This document shows positions 25,131-38,654 of a DNA stretch of 64,000 bases, piece by piece; within the stretch, counting starts at the first letter, position 1; each line of letters starts with the position of its first letter. The notes under the pieces were generated by a model, which did no database searches, was not told where the DNA came from, and saw only the letters and a program-made list of their open reading frames with translations. The translations under genes were made by a program, and so were the position numbers. The stretch is from Hydrolagus affinis (Eukaryota), in NCBI GenBank assembly GCA_012026655.1, contig JAAILG010000796.1:1-64000 (forward strand), written 5' to 3'.

Positions 25131-25289
25131 GCACAGGCATTTGGACCTCGGTTTAATGTCTCATCTGGAGTACAGCACCCCCCTCCCCACAGTGGAACAA
25201 CATATTTTCCAAGCCTGACTGATCCTTCTAATGTAGCGAAGGTTGAATCCAAGTGGGAAGAATTTGTTCTGGGTGCAAATATTGCACAC

Positions 25290-25675
25290 GATAATAATAA
25301 TAACAATAATAATCCTTACATTTTATATAGCATCTTATTACATCTTCGAGAAGTCTCAAAAATCCTCCTGAGACTTCTCTGAGTATACTGTCAATTTAAC
25401 TGATTGTATATTATGTGGCAAAACACAGCAACTAATTGTGCACACAAACAATTGTGGATTGAGTGACCAAATGATTGTCGTTTTAAAAAAAATTTAAGAG
25501 ATCATTATCCCTGGAAAAGTGATCCGCCAATCGACTCACAACTGGGTTCCTGCTTACTATTAGATAAACAGTGGTGTGTGGAGGAAAGATACTTGCACAA
25601 TGTTTCGCCCTGTCAAGGAATTGAACACTGGTCCTCCCGCCTGTGAGGAAGTGCTCCACTAATCTACAGGACTCC
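25290..25675 (-). mobile_element. tRNA-derived SINE, long subfamily, near full length
   Basis: Reverse complement runs from the head (gagtcctgtag at ~25675) through the extra segment (~25507-25573) to the (att)n tail. Confidence 0.85.
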
Positions 25676-25745
25676 ATGATTGGCAGAGGCTGAGTTTTCT
25701 CTGGTCTTCATGTAAGCATTTTACTTGTGTCTATCAACACTGTTC

Positions 25746-26250
25746 ATAGAATCATTAATCAGAATCAAAAGCCATTCGGCCCATCGTGTCTGTCGCCTCT
25801 CTATTTTAGAGCTCTGTGTTTAGCCTCATTTCCTTGTCTTTCTCTATTTTGCAGATTTTTTTCTTTTTCAAATGTTTGCCACATTCTCTTTTGGGTGCCA
25901 GGCACCGAGTTTAGAAGGACATAAAGTATTTTCATTATCCTCTGTGTAAAAATATATTCCAACCTTGTCCTTGAACCTTAAATGCTAGCCTTCCAGACTC
26001 ACTGATTTGTAGAAATGGTTTTTCCCAATTTACTTTTCAAAAACCTTGATTATTATCTCATCTCTCCCACCACTAATATTAGCCTAATGAATATTTCACT
26101 CCCCTTTTCATAAAACTGGTGTCTTGAGCTGGGCACATTATTGACGATTGGAGCAGATTTAGTATTACCCCTATTCTATTCTACACCCCTGTTTATAAAA
26201 CCAAGGATCCTGTCAACTCCTTTATCAGTGGCTTCCCACTTTTTGTTTGG
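25746..26250 (-). mobile_element. Degenerate CR1 LINE 3' fragment
   Basis: catagaatc..gccattcggcccatcgtgtctgt tail motif. Confidence 0.5.
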
Positions 26251-26989
26251 TCTCCCCATACCCCTCTGCTCTTCCACTCTTATTTCACTTCAATTTATAC
26301 ATCACTTCAAAGTAAAATAAAAGCCGCTGTCTTGCTTATTCACAGGTTGTTAGGTTCTTCAGGAAAGTGAAATGTAGTGGCTTCGGAGCAGCATTTTATC
26401 AGTCAGCATCGGCATTCAAGCCATTAGTTTTCACAAGGTCACTCTGTAAAACTGTAACCGTTTGTATTGAGACCCTGAGAACTGTTGAGAGCGTTCATTG
26501 AAACAAATGTATTCATTGTGTGATTTTCATCTTTGTTGAAGAATCATACACATGTATTTGTTAAGCTGCTGAAGTCGTTAGCAAGTGCTCCTCAATCAGA
26601 TGTCAGATACACAAACCTTGTGACAAACCAGTGAGCTAAATAGTGAACAATGTAATCTGAATTGGATTGCTTCCACAAGGTGAGAAAGCTTTATTTTTCT
26701 GACAGTAAATCTGCACTAAGATAACTGATAAAAAGCTGCTGCTTCTTCATCACAGGTATTTATTTAGGATCTGGTGAGTGACTGACTACCTTGTGGTGAG
26801 CGGAATCAACAGTGGGTCGACTATAGGTGGCCTTTGTCCTTCATTAAATGGGAATTGGCAGAGAATTCCCGCTCCACGCCCCGATCAATGGCTTTTACAC
26901 CTGTGAGTTGAGAGGCTTGTGAGGGCAGGTTTGGTTTAACTGTGATGAAGCTGTGAGAGAACTCCTCTCACTTTGACCTTCAAGGTTCT

Positions 26990-28262
26990 GCCCTTGAATA
27001 GTTCAGATCCTACCTTTCATACTGTCTCCACTTCATCTCCACAAACGGCTTCTCCTCTGGCCCCTGCATCATCTCGCATTCCTCAGAGCTCAGTCTTTGG
27101 TCCCCTCCTATTCAATATCTATATGCTCCCTCATGGTGACATCTCCGCAGACATGGGGTCAACTTCCACATGTATGCTAATAATAATAAAATCTGTTGGA
27201 TTTAATATAGTGCTTTTAGACATCTCAAAGTGCTTCACAGAACATACTGTAAAGTGAATTGATTGTATATTTGTGGATGAAATGCAGCAGTCAATTGCAC
27301 ACGGCAGTGTCCCACAAACAGTCATGGATTGAAGTGACCAAATAATTTTTTTTGAGGGATTATTATCATCAACTTGTGATAAAGTGCTGGCTCAAAATGA
27401 ATGTGTCTGACCCTCATCTCCTTCTCCTGAGTGAACAGCAAGAGGTTGCACTGCCCCACACACAGTCATCTGATGAGTCATCTCACTTGCTAGAGACTTA
27501 CAGATGACACCCAACTCTTATCTCTCTGCCACCACCCTCAATTCCGGGATCACTGCTGTCCTGAAAGAATATCTATCAGAACAAGTCCTGGATGAGAGCT
27601 AACTTTCTACCGTTGAATGTCACCAAGACCAAGACCCTCCTGATTCGCTCCCGTCAGCGCCTCCACACCGTAAGCACTTACAGCACCACTATCTAAGGCT
27701 GCACACTCCACCTTATTAAGTCAGGCTGGAACTGTGGCACCTTGTTTATCCCTTTCTACACCGTGGCATGATCCGCTATGCCTTCCCTCACCTTCTCAAC
27801 ATTGCCCGGCTCTGCCACTGTCTCATACTGCAGGCCATCAAAACCCTCATATATGCATTCATAACATCCAAGCGTGACTACACAAACTCACAGCTTGTCG
27901 GCCTCTCCAGCTCCTCCCTCTATAGGTTGCAGTTCATCCAGACCTCTGCAGCACGTATGTATCCCCACTACCCCACCGCTCCTTGACCCTATCACCCCCA
28001 TTCTCGCCTGACTTCACTGGCTTCCCATAATACAAAAGATCGTGGTCCTTTCGAGTCTTGCTCCCTCCTACCTCTGCAAATTCCTAACCTCCTACCAACC
28101 CGGCCACTCTCTGCTAAGCGGGCTCCGGCCTACTTCATGTCCCCCTCTCCACCCGCCCCACTAGCCAGTGTGCCTCCATTCACTGAAAGTCCATCCCACA
28201 GTCTCTCGGCCTCACACCTTCCCTTGCCTCCTTCAAGACCCGTATCAAGACCCTCTCCTTTG
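26990..28262 (+). mobile_element. L2 LINE RT fragment interrupted by a SINE
   Basis: IPQSSVFGPLLFNIYMLP and FHMYA|DDTQL RT motifs, and AFITSKRDYTNS..LQFIQTSAAR. Confidence 0.85.
27179..27368 (-). mobile_element. SINE 3' part nested in L2
   Basis: Reverse complement of the SINE body and tail. Confidence 0.8.
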
Positions 28263-28620
28263 AATGAATGGCTCAGTTGAATGAGCCAATGAGCAGCTCC
28301 AAATCAGAGCCAATCAAAAGCCAACACTACAAATGTCAGCGCAAAGTGAGTCTCCTTTACGCATGTCTCAGACTTCTCCCCAACCACTTGATTCCCTCGA
28401 CCGTGCCCGCCCCGCCCCACCCATCCCCACACACATTTTAGTTTAACTTCTTAATGTATTTAATCTATTATGATGTGGAGATAAATATTTGGTATTATCA
28501 CGATTTGTTTTGATTGCAGATTGCACATACCTACTTTTTGTTTGTACGATCTGCTAAATAAAAGTTACTAAAAATCTGTGTCTGAATGTTATAGACAGAA
28601 AAAATGAAAGAGGGAATGAG

Positions 28621-28650
28621 AAAAAGAATTCCTGTGAAATCTGACTGACT
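28621..28650. repeat. (CTGA)n microsatellite
   Basis: Seen directly. Confidence 0.9.
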
Positions 28651-30149
28651 GACTGACTGACTGATTGACTAACTTGTGCAAAGCCTTGCTTCCACCTAAT
28701 GTATTTTCCAGTTAGGATATGCATATGTTCCTGACATACATGCACATTTATGTTCACATATGAATTGATGTACACACATATATACATACACACGACATAG
28801 ACTTACTTATCTACATGTGAATGATGAGCCTTTACATATGTGTGCTTTTGTGTGTATGCAGTATGTTGTGTATGCTTAATATTTAAATAAAACAGAAGTA
28901 TGTTTCATATGTAAATCTATAACTATTACCATTACTTTCATTGATTATTAACGATATGACTTTTTAGTATTAACATTAGCTTATTAAAAGTTACTAGAGG
29001 GCGCACATCTGAAGGCTCGCCTAGGGCGTGAAATACCCTTGTGCCCTGCAAAGAGACTCCACTTATGACATTTAACTGTCCTGCTAACATTGAGCTTTCT
29101 TTGATGGAACCTTTGTTGGACATCCTCCAAGAAAATCATATTGCACAGATAAGTTTTTGTCACTCCAAGAGTAGTAGATACATAGAGTGGGGGAGTAGGA
29201 CTTGAGGAGAAAAATTGGTTATTGAGTGGCACAGTCCAGTTCCCAATGAGGAGCAGTCAGGTCTGGAGTGTGGCCAATCGTATTGTGGAATTGACGTGAA
29301 TGGATTGGAAACATCTGGATCAACAAAATAATTCTCAGTTTGGTAATTTCTCGATGTACAGCCCTACCTCTGTGAATCAGTGTGCAGGAGCAAAACTAAC
29401 ACCACGTTACTCCCGCCCCCCCCACCCCTGCCTCAGACTTCCAGCTGCTGTAACCATCCGATTAGATCTGCAGTCAGGTGCAACCCAAAGGGAAAACCTT
29501 GCTCTTTCACTGCAAATGAAATGGTACAGTTAAAACCCAAAGGAACTGCCACCTGCAGAGTGATTCTTCATATTAGTGATCAAAAGGCAGAATATAGAGT
29601 GTTTATTACAGGGAAAGTAAGATGAAATAAGAGCAAAAACCTTAGTGGCTAATCTGATTGGGTTTCTCATCTTGTATTCATCTCAATGTGACAGATATGG
29701 GGGCTCAAAACTGACTCAACTCTTGACAGATTGATGTTTGAGTGGCAGAGATGAACGAAAATTTGTGGGGAATTTCTCAGATGGTCTTGACTGACATTAA
29801 TTGTAAGCGTTGGTGACAGGAATATAATTTTGCTGGTGAAATGCACTGTTTCACTTGATGATAGTTCCTCCATAGAGCTGCAGATGACAGCTTGCAGGTG
29901 TGATGCAATTATAAAGAACAGGTTACTGTTAACACAATTTATTATTCTGTTCCATTTCAGAGTATATGTGCTGGAATGCCGCCTTTTGTTTAGGCAGTGG
30001 TTCCACAAGCAGGATTTTATTTGAAGCATCTTACTTAAAGCAATTTTTTTTTGCTTTAAATAATGTCTTTAAATCTTTTAAAGTAAAAACATTATTAAAT
30101 AATGCACAAGTTATTGTTAATTAACAGAGTATTGTTAAAAACATTATGT

Positions 30150-30441
30150 GTCAGCCTGGTATAGCTAGTATCTTGTCTTTAAATCAGACATTATGTGTTA
30201 AGTTCCATGTTAGGACTTATGTGTTAAGTTCCACGTTAGGACTTGGAGCTCATATTGTCTGAGTAGACGTTAAAGATCCCATGACACTATTCAAAAAGAG
30301 AAGGGAGTTTCTCTCAATGTCCTGGCCAATAATATCCCAAATAAGATCAAACATTTACTCAATGGCTGAATACATCCTGTGAAGAGCTTTGGAAATCCTC
30401 TTGATATGGAAGGTGCTATATCAAATGTAAGGATTAATATT
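30150..30441 (+). mobile_element. DeuSINE-type SINE with a 26-bp tandem duplication (30191-30242)
   Basis: Core gacgttaaagatcccatgacactattc; ttatgtgttaagttccaYgttaggac repeated twice. Confidence 0.75.
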
Positions 30442-31373
30442 ACAATTAATAAACTTTTTATTCAAGAAAGTTCTTAGAAAAAGTACTGGTCAGTGTGAAA
30501 CTTGCAGGAAGTTACTCTTGTTGGGTAATTTTATCCACGTCATTGTTGGGGATTTTTCAATATTTCTCAGTTTTCCAGGCAAGGAAATCAGCCATGGTTC
30601 TTCCTGCTTCTGATGATGAGCAAATGATCAGTCTGAGGTGTGTCACTGTCCGCACCAGGTCCTTCACAGCTGATTGACACAATTCAGCTGCTGTTGAATG
30701 CAGGTTTTGATTCCACGTTGATCCAAACTAGGCTCAGTTAGATTTGCGCCAAATTCTCCTCAGATTTAGATTCAAAGGAAGGTTGGTTCAGTCAAATGTG
30801 GGTACACCAACATTGCTGTGAAGGATGCTGCCGAGTGCAGGGCAAACAGGAGTGGAGTGGTGCAAATATCTGGGAGCGGAGAGTTGGTTTCTGCAGTGAG
30901 TGCAGATTTTATAGTTGGCTACTGACAGCACAAGAAATGGCCTCATAAACAATACAAGGAATACATTGTAAAGGCCGACTCTTTCACCCTGGTGGGCTTG
31001 GAATCCTTTTACTTTGTCGTCGTCGTTAGCTCATGAAAGCTTTGATCTCGAGCCCTCCTTCGGGAGAGATTTTTAGGAGATTGATCTGCAGTAAATGCTT
31101 GTTAGACTTGTTAACAACGAGGAGATGTGCCAACTTCTGTAAATAATCCACTCAATGTGAACGCCACAAACCCACAAGCTCTGTGGGTGCAACTGTGTTC
31201 ACCGCCAGAAATATCGGCATTGTTGCATGATGTACATTCCTTTCATATGATCCGTTAAAAATGGGATACTGCTGTGTGCAAATTGGCTGCCGTATCCTCT
31301 TTCAAATACACAGTTACTACACCACAGAATAAATAGTGAAGCACTTTCAAACATCCTCTTGATGTTAAGGAGA

Positions 31374-31690
31374 GAGTTCCTGCAGCTCAGTGGTTAGAGC
31401 ACTCGCCTTGCAAGCATGAGACCTGTGTTCGAATCCAGGCAGATCAGGGCGAATCCTTGGGCAAGTTTCCTTCCTCCCCACGCCTAATAATAATCCCTTC
31501 AAAAAAACCACAATAATAAAATTGGTCATTTCAATCCACGACTGTTTGTGGGACACTACTGTGTGCAATTGGCTGCCGTGTTTCACCCACAAATATGCAA
31601 TCAATTCACTTTACAGTATATTCTGTAAAACGCTTTGAGACATCAATAAGATGTGAAAAGTGCTATATCAAATGCAAGCATTTTTATTAT
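31374..31690 (+). mobile_element. Full-length tRNA-derived SINE (short subfamily)
   Basis: Box A cagctcagtgg, box B gttcgaatcc, tRNA-Ala/Val-like anticodon arm and L2-type tail. Confidence 0.92.
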
Positions 31691-32169
31691 AAATGCTCTG
31701 AATGAAGCGTTATTTCAGAACTTTCTCATTCCTAAAATTTCCATTTATTTTGAAGGCATCTGCCCTTTATGCTTTAGTCTTCCCCACTGCCATACTTGTT
31801 CTCAGGGCTTTTCTCCCCAAGACTGTTGTCTTGAGGGCCCATGGAGAATGACCACACCCTACCACTTTTTACTTGCTCTTTGTAGGAAGCACTTAGTCTC
31901 TGTTGGTATGTCTCCACAGCCACTCAGTTGAGGGTGGATACACAGCAGAGTGGGATTCAAAACCAGCGCCCATTCACTCTGTGAATGCCTGTTGATACTT
32001 ATTTCTACGACGTACTGTATATTCTACAGAGATGTAACTTCACTGCACTGACATGGGGGTTGACCACACAGTGAGCTCCTGGTCTCTTTTTAGCTGTCTT
32101 CATGAGGCCACGACTTTCCTGTATGGAGAAGATACTGTAAATGCAAGGCTTATTATTGCAATCATGCAC

Positions 32170-32415
32170 ACAACAACAACAAAATTACGTTTATAGAGCA
32201 CTTTTCACGTCAGGAGAATGTACTAAGGTGCTGAACAGTCAGGTTGGGACCTGAGCAAGTGAGAGGGGCAGGATAGGGGGGAGTGACGAGAGAGAGTTAG
32301 GAGGGGAGGGAGAGAGTTGGGAGCAAAGCAGAAGGCAAAATCGAAGAGGAGGGTCTTGAGACTAGCCTTGAAGGAGGCGAGGGAGAGAGAGTTCCAGAGT
32401 ATGGGTGCACACTGG
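32170..32415 (-). mobile_element. L2 LINE 3' end
   Basis: APILWNSL..SLASFKASLKTLLFD and the same 3' UTR as 5816-6335. Confidence 0.8.
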
Positions 32416-35400
32416 TGACAGTGGAAGAATTCTGTGACCGGTTTTAGGGCCATTGATTCGGATTAGAATGCTTAATGAAGAACGAAAAGAAAATATGACT
32501 CAAACATTAGTTCAGAAAATAGAGTTTCTCTCATTGTCCTGGCCGAAAATGGCCACGTAAGATTCATCATTCACTTCATGGCTGTTTGTGGAATATTGTT
32601 GTGGGCAAAATTGGCTGCCATTTTCACCAAACAAAATACATTGTCATTTTAACAAAAATCCTGACAAGTGCTTGAGACATGAAAGGCACTAAATCAAATA
32701 TAAGGATGATGATTATTATTATCATTATTATTATTGTGGCCCAATGTCGCTGACCAGAGATTGCAGATATCATGAAATGCTGCAGAGGGAAATCTGTTGT
32801 GATGTCTTGTGAACTGTTCAGTCATGTGCATTGATATTACTGAGCTGTGAATTGGAGCCTGGGCAGAGAACTGAGATATTCAGTGGATTAGCTTGTAATA
32901 TCCACTGACATCTGGGCAGCATTTAGCAAACTTTTGACAGGGTGCCAGTTGTCTATTTGATATGTGTGTGTCTGTGCATATTATGATGACATCAATCCAT
33001 AACAATGTGAATTTAATAATTTGACAGTCAGGTTGCTCACAATTGGAGAAAGGGCCAAATGAATGATTGACTGACTGAATGAATAAAAAGTGATGTGATG
33101 TCTTATCAAAAATGAATTCTTTATGAATAGAGAACATTTGCTCTAGCCAATAATGCATTTTTGCCACTCATTTATTAAGTGAGGATCTAATAAAGCAACT
33201 GTGAAGGGAAGGAGAGGACTAGGTGAAGTTCTTAGTGATTGGTTTGAGTGATCATATCTACTCTTCAGGTAGGTTATGATGAGGTTAGCACAGTGCTTGG
33301 TGTGCGGGAATGGGATCAGTGGATTGTGACTGTGCATAACATCTTGCAACTTCACTAAAACAATCCAAAATCTTTCACCAAAATAGTTCTTGCAGTTTTT
33401 AAGTTTATTGTCAGCCATGGTCATCTGGGTTCTTTTTGGCTTGTATCATTGAAAGGTGTGTTCCAGGTCTGAAGAGAGCACTGTTGGTGACTTGGTATTT
33501 GACTACAGTCAGGACCCCTCCACTTGGAGGTCAGTGAAACGTTTGACAATGCGCTAAGCATATGAATCCATGGGGAAGAACTGGACTCAGTCGAAAGAAG
33601 AGTGAAGCAAGAGTAGTGACTTGCCACGCATTCTTCTGGTTGTCAGATGCTAGCTCAATTTCAACCAATTCTCATGTTATTAACATGATGATAAAATCCA
33701 ATTCACTTTCAAGAAAAATAATTGAGGGTGATATTTTTTTTTGCATGATTCCTATCCCTGGACACTGTGCACATTTTTTGTATACTTCACTCTACCTTCT
33801 GGAATTTCCTGAACTATATCTGTGCTGTCGTGGAACATGCATCAGTTGAATGGAGGTAAAAATCGGTTCTTGTGTGCAACACTAGGGCGCTATGTAAGTG
33901 CAAGTTGTTTTGTTTTAAAATATAATACAAACCAGGATTTGTTGTGACATTCAAGTTTACAAACCCAGATTACGGATGAACAAATGGCAAATCATAGATC
34001 CTAAGAAGGCAGAGCCCAAACGAAGTGATTCATGCCTGACTTGCTGTTTTGTGAGTCACCTGGCAAACTCGTAATCTGATATCTGCAGAATGAAAGTCAC
34101 GATTAATACAGCTAACCTGTTTTGCTAATATCACGTTTCCAAAACCCCTTTTATTCCCCACCAACAAGACAAGTGACAGCTGTTTCTGAAAGTAGATGTT
34201 GCAGGACTCGCTTCTTGACTTACGCATATATTGTCAGGCTTTTCGGGTCCTGTGTCTGCTTTCCTTTCTGGAGAAGGAAGCAGTGAATGCTAAACATGTT
34301 AGATAAATGGGAAAGAGTGGGAATACAGAGAGGTCAATCAGAGTCTAAAAGGGGAAGATGAGACTAAACGTTTGGTTATGAACTTTCATCAGAGCTCACA
34401 TTTTGCATGGAGTGCCACAAGTTGTGATGGGCTCTCCAATCAAACGACAGGTTTTGATCAGCACAGAGCACCAACAGCGGTGAAATCCATTCTCGAGGAG
34501 GCAGATGCTTCTGCTGCAGTTACTTAGCATTGACATCAATGGAACACTTTTCCTCTCATCAACAGCGGCCTTGGGGCTGATGGCAGCAAAACATTTAAAA
34601 GGGATCTGCCTGTTAGCGACAATCTCATTTCACAACTAACATTGTACAAGTGACACGCAGGCTGGCTGAAGAGCAGAGGAAACGAATTATATAACAAAAG
34701 CATTTTGCTTTCTGTTAGTTTCTGCTTTCAGGATCTTCCTATCTCATCCCGTCTCTTACTCCAAGAGCTGACTGAAATGATTTGTATAATAATATGTCAC
34801 GTATGCCTCTCTTTTTGAAACAGCTCAACAGCATTTCCCATCACTGGTGCATTACATATTAAATTATACTTCAATAACTCAGAAGCTTCAACCATCTCCC
34901 CTTAAAAGGGCACATTATTTAACAATTGCTGTAAAGCACTTTGTAACATTTCAACGCATAAGGTGCTATAAAAATACAAGTTCTTTCTTTCATTTGCCTG
35001 ATTCAGTCAAGCAAACGACAAACACAGAATCAGGGTATCTGGATCTATGTCACTCCTTTATGGTATCTTAAATTTCAGGATTAAAGTTTAGCTATATTTG
35101 GACAAAAAGCAGCCATAAATTATAAACTGGTAATCTGCTTTCACCTTGTGCTCAGAGCATGGAAACAAATCTGTCTGTCAATCCCAAGACAGCAGCCCTT
35201 GTTGTAAATCCAGGAATGTTTGTATAATACACTTCTTGTTTGGATGAATAGATGAGTGGATGATTATGTGCTGAGCAGATGATCATTCCGCACTAAGAAA
35301 GATCTCTTGATATTTTATCTGCAATTAATGCTCGTGTCAGAACTGTTATAAGCTTAATTAACTACCAATTATCCGTATTTGAGGGAGGGAATCATTGGTC

Positions 35401-35924
35401 TTTTCATTTCTCTCATCTTGGCAGTTCTAATTTAGAATTGTTCTGTTCCCATTCAATAACGGATTAGTCCCTGGTTTGGTCACTACGTGAGGCTTCAATG
35501 TTGAAATGAGACGCTGGCGTCGGGGGCACCATATAAACACAAGTTGTTGAATTGCTCATTGTTGCTTATTGCCCAAATATCATGGACAACAGAAAGTGTT
35601 GGTCACTGTAACTGAACTCTTGTAATCTTATCAGTCTATGTCAAAGGAGTTTGCTTTCTCATTTTGTTTTTTAAAGTCTTGGATCATATCCCCTTTAAGA
35701 TTCCACACCCACCCACCCGAGAGATCCAAGGAAACGTGTTCAGCTATGTGAGCCTCTCTCTTAACTTGTGACTGAGTGTCCACCCAGAACTGTGAAGCGC
35801 TTTGAGATGTGAATGATGATGTATAAGTTGGATAGCAACTCAGTCCCAGAATCTCCTTTTGGTCTGAAGTGTCTTGAATGTTTTAGTTTTAGTTTCAGCA
35901 CAGGATGCGATATCCCAAATGTGC

Positions 35925-36585
35925 CTTTCAAAGCCATGGTTGAAGAGGAAGGTCCTAAGATGGGTCTCGAATGAGGCAAGATGGGGGGCAAGGCAGAGGG
36001 ATTATGGGATGGAGTTCCAGAGAGTGGAAGCAGAGTCGCAGAAGGCCAGCCCGCCAATGGTGGGGCAGGTGAGACCGGTTGGGAAGCAGACCAGAACCCG
36101 CTGAGAGGAGGGAATGGGCAGATTGGTAGGGGGTTAGGAGGTCACAGAGGTATGGGAGGAAAAGGCCATAAAGGGCTTTGAAGGTTAGGGCCAGGTTCTT
36201 GAACTGTATCCTCTATGTGATTGGAAGTTGGTGGAATTGGACAAGAATGGTGGTGATAGGGTGACAGAGCCTGGTAGGAGAGGACATTGGCTGCAGAGTT
36301 CCATGTGACTCACAGCCTATGGAGGGAAAGTTGGGGAGGCTGCAAGCATGAAGTTTGCATAGTAGAGTCTGGATGTTATGAATGCATATATGAGGGTTAT
36401 GGTGGCCTGCGGTGTGAGATACTGGCGGAGCCTGGTGATGTTTTGGAGGTGGAGGAAAGCAGAGCGGGTCATGGCATAGATGTGGGGATAGAAAGATAGT
36501 TGAGGGTCAAACAAGATTCCAAGTTTCTGGACTGGCTCGGTGAGGTGAAGTGTGCATCCTTAAATGGTGATTGTTGCATATTTGC
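35925..36585 (-). mobile_element. L2 LINE fragment
   Basis: FDPQLSFYPHIYAMTRSAFLHLQNITRLRQYLT..AFITSRLYYAN. Confidence 0.85.
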
Positions 36586-36844
36586 TTTAACAACAACACA
36601 AAAGTACACTTGTATAGCGCCTTTCACATCAGGAGGACGTGCTTCCTGACATAAGTGGCAATTGAATATGGATGGTGCAAGTATAATAGGATTCTGGGAA
36701 GAGTGTCTTGCAGATTTGAAACAGAGTGTGAAATAGGTTGAGTTGAAAGAGGGTGACTTGTAAAGTTTGCATTAAAGGATTGAGTGAATCTATATTGTGT
36801 CTTGTGGATTATTTGACATTACAGTGATTAATCATAATCTCTAA

Positions 36845-37033
36845 AAAAACACTATAATAATTTGGTCACTTCAATCCACGACTGTTTGTGGGACACAACT
36901 GTGTGCAATTGGCTACCATGTTTCACCCAGAAATGTACAGTCAATTCACTTTGTAGTATATTCTGTGAAGCGCTTTGGGACGTCTAGAAGACATGAAAAA
37001 GCGCTATTTCAAATGCAAGGATTATTATTATTA
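36845..37033 (+). mobile_element. SINE 3' part
   Basis: Matches the SINE body and tail. Confidence 0.85.
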
Positions 37034-37391
37034 TTTCCGGTCTTGAGAAGCTTCTCACCCAGAGTCTGGCTGAGGTGGGGAGATGTTGCAGTAAAGCCAA
37101 ATCCTGTTGTGTCGCACAGTTGAGCATTGCCCCCATTTCACCTTTCAAACAACAAAGAATAACATGAATTTGCCAAACACACTCTCGTTGCATGGATGGC
37201 TACATGGGAACAGCTGCATTGGCAGGATACCAAGAGAAATTCCCTTCATACCATCTCCTTTCAAGACTGAAGAGTCCTAGCTTGCCCATTCATTTCTTAC
37301 AGCTCATTCCTCTAACACCAGGGATAATCCTCATTGTCTCCTTCACAGTGTCTTCGGTTGTCATCTTCTGAAATTCCTCCACAACAGACAA

Positions 37392-37625
37392 CAATAATAG
37401 TAATTCTTGCATTTGATATAATGTTTTTCACTTCTTCGAGACGTCTCAAAGTTTCACAGAATATACAATAAAGTGAATTGACTGTATATTTGTGGGTGAA
37501 CACACAGCAGCCAATTGTACGCAGCAGTGTCCCACAAACAGTCGTGGATTGAGTGACCAAATTTTTTTTTTTAAGAATTATTATCCCTGGAAATGCATTC
37601 TGCCAATCAACTAATAAGTGTGTTC
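37392..37625 (-). mobile_element. SINE 3' part (long subfamily)
   Basis: Reverse complement of the SINE body, including the start of the extra segment. Confidence 0.85.
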
Positions 37626-38654
37626 CCTTTTTCCCCCTCCCCCTGGCTCAGGCCCAGAATCCATTATTGTGAAGCACTCTGAGACTCTGTCCGGCGTGGA
37701 AGGCACTATATAAATCAAAATTGTTGTTGTTGAGTCAAGACGATTGTGCGGGGCAATTCCAGAAACTGGGCACTTCTCCCTGGAATATCTTTTAAAATCT
37801 TCCGCTTTTAAATTGGAGGAACGATTTAATAGGTTAGTTTTCTGTCAGCCCCACAATGTATTGTGGCATCACGTGGAGTGATCAATCAGAACGAGGAACA
37901 GCAACAAGCAGTTGGAAGATTGCGACCAGAACTTCAGATCCAATCCAAGTACAGCTGGCTCCTTGCTCCGAAAGCAAGTCTTGCGTGAAGAGGTTTTCTG
38001 CATACACGGTGCTGAAGCAATCACCACAGCAATATACAAAATCAAGATCAGGTGGAATCCGTTCAGCCTCTTCCACCTGTTATTATTACCAATTCAGCAG
38101 ATCATTTAATTCCCCACATTGCTGTAAGCAAATTATCGGCCATGATCACTTAAAAAACCTGTCACTACACTTCACAGTGTTCCCTGTGGAGCACTTTATG
38201 ACATTCTTTTAACACTCTCACTAGCAAATGTGGCAATGAAAGGATTATTATTTTATCGATGAACTGTCATTTGCTTCGGAAGAATTGAACACCAGGTAAT
38301 AGAGTTTCCTGTTCTTCAGGGCTTACATTCAGGATTGGAACATCCACAGTTAGACCCGTTTACAAAGGCTGAGCTGGACATTGTATGATTCACTGTGCAT
38401 TAACCCTCCAAGCAAAACCTATTTATGTAATGGTTGTCAACCAGTGCATTGCAGAATTCAGTCTTTACCTTGAACTCAGTGTTAGTTGGTTAAAATAAAC
38501 TGGTTAAAATAAAAAGTCTTATAACTTAATAATAATCATCTTTGGTTTTCCCAAATCTAATCCACAAGTCAGGTGCCCATCTTTGACCTTCCGGCGCCTT
38601 GGGGATAACTTCCATGTCTGAAAGGCACTTTCTGAATACAATTTGTTATTGTTG

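Noticed and set aside
31374-31445. tRNA-like sequence (also 20548, 40493, 59451)
   Set aside because: These are SINE heads that continue into the SINE body, with a degenerate cloverleaf; not tRNA genes.
37856-38212. Overlapping ORFs after an acceptor-like ttttctgtcag
   Set aside because: No recognisable product and no good donor site.
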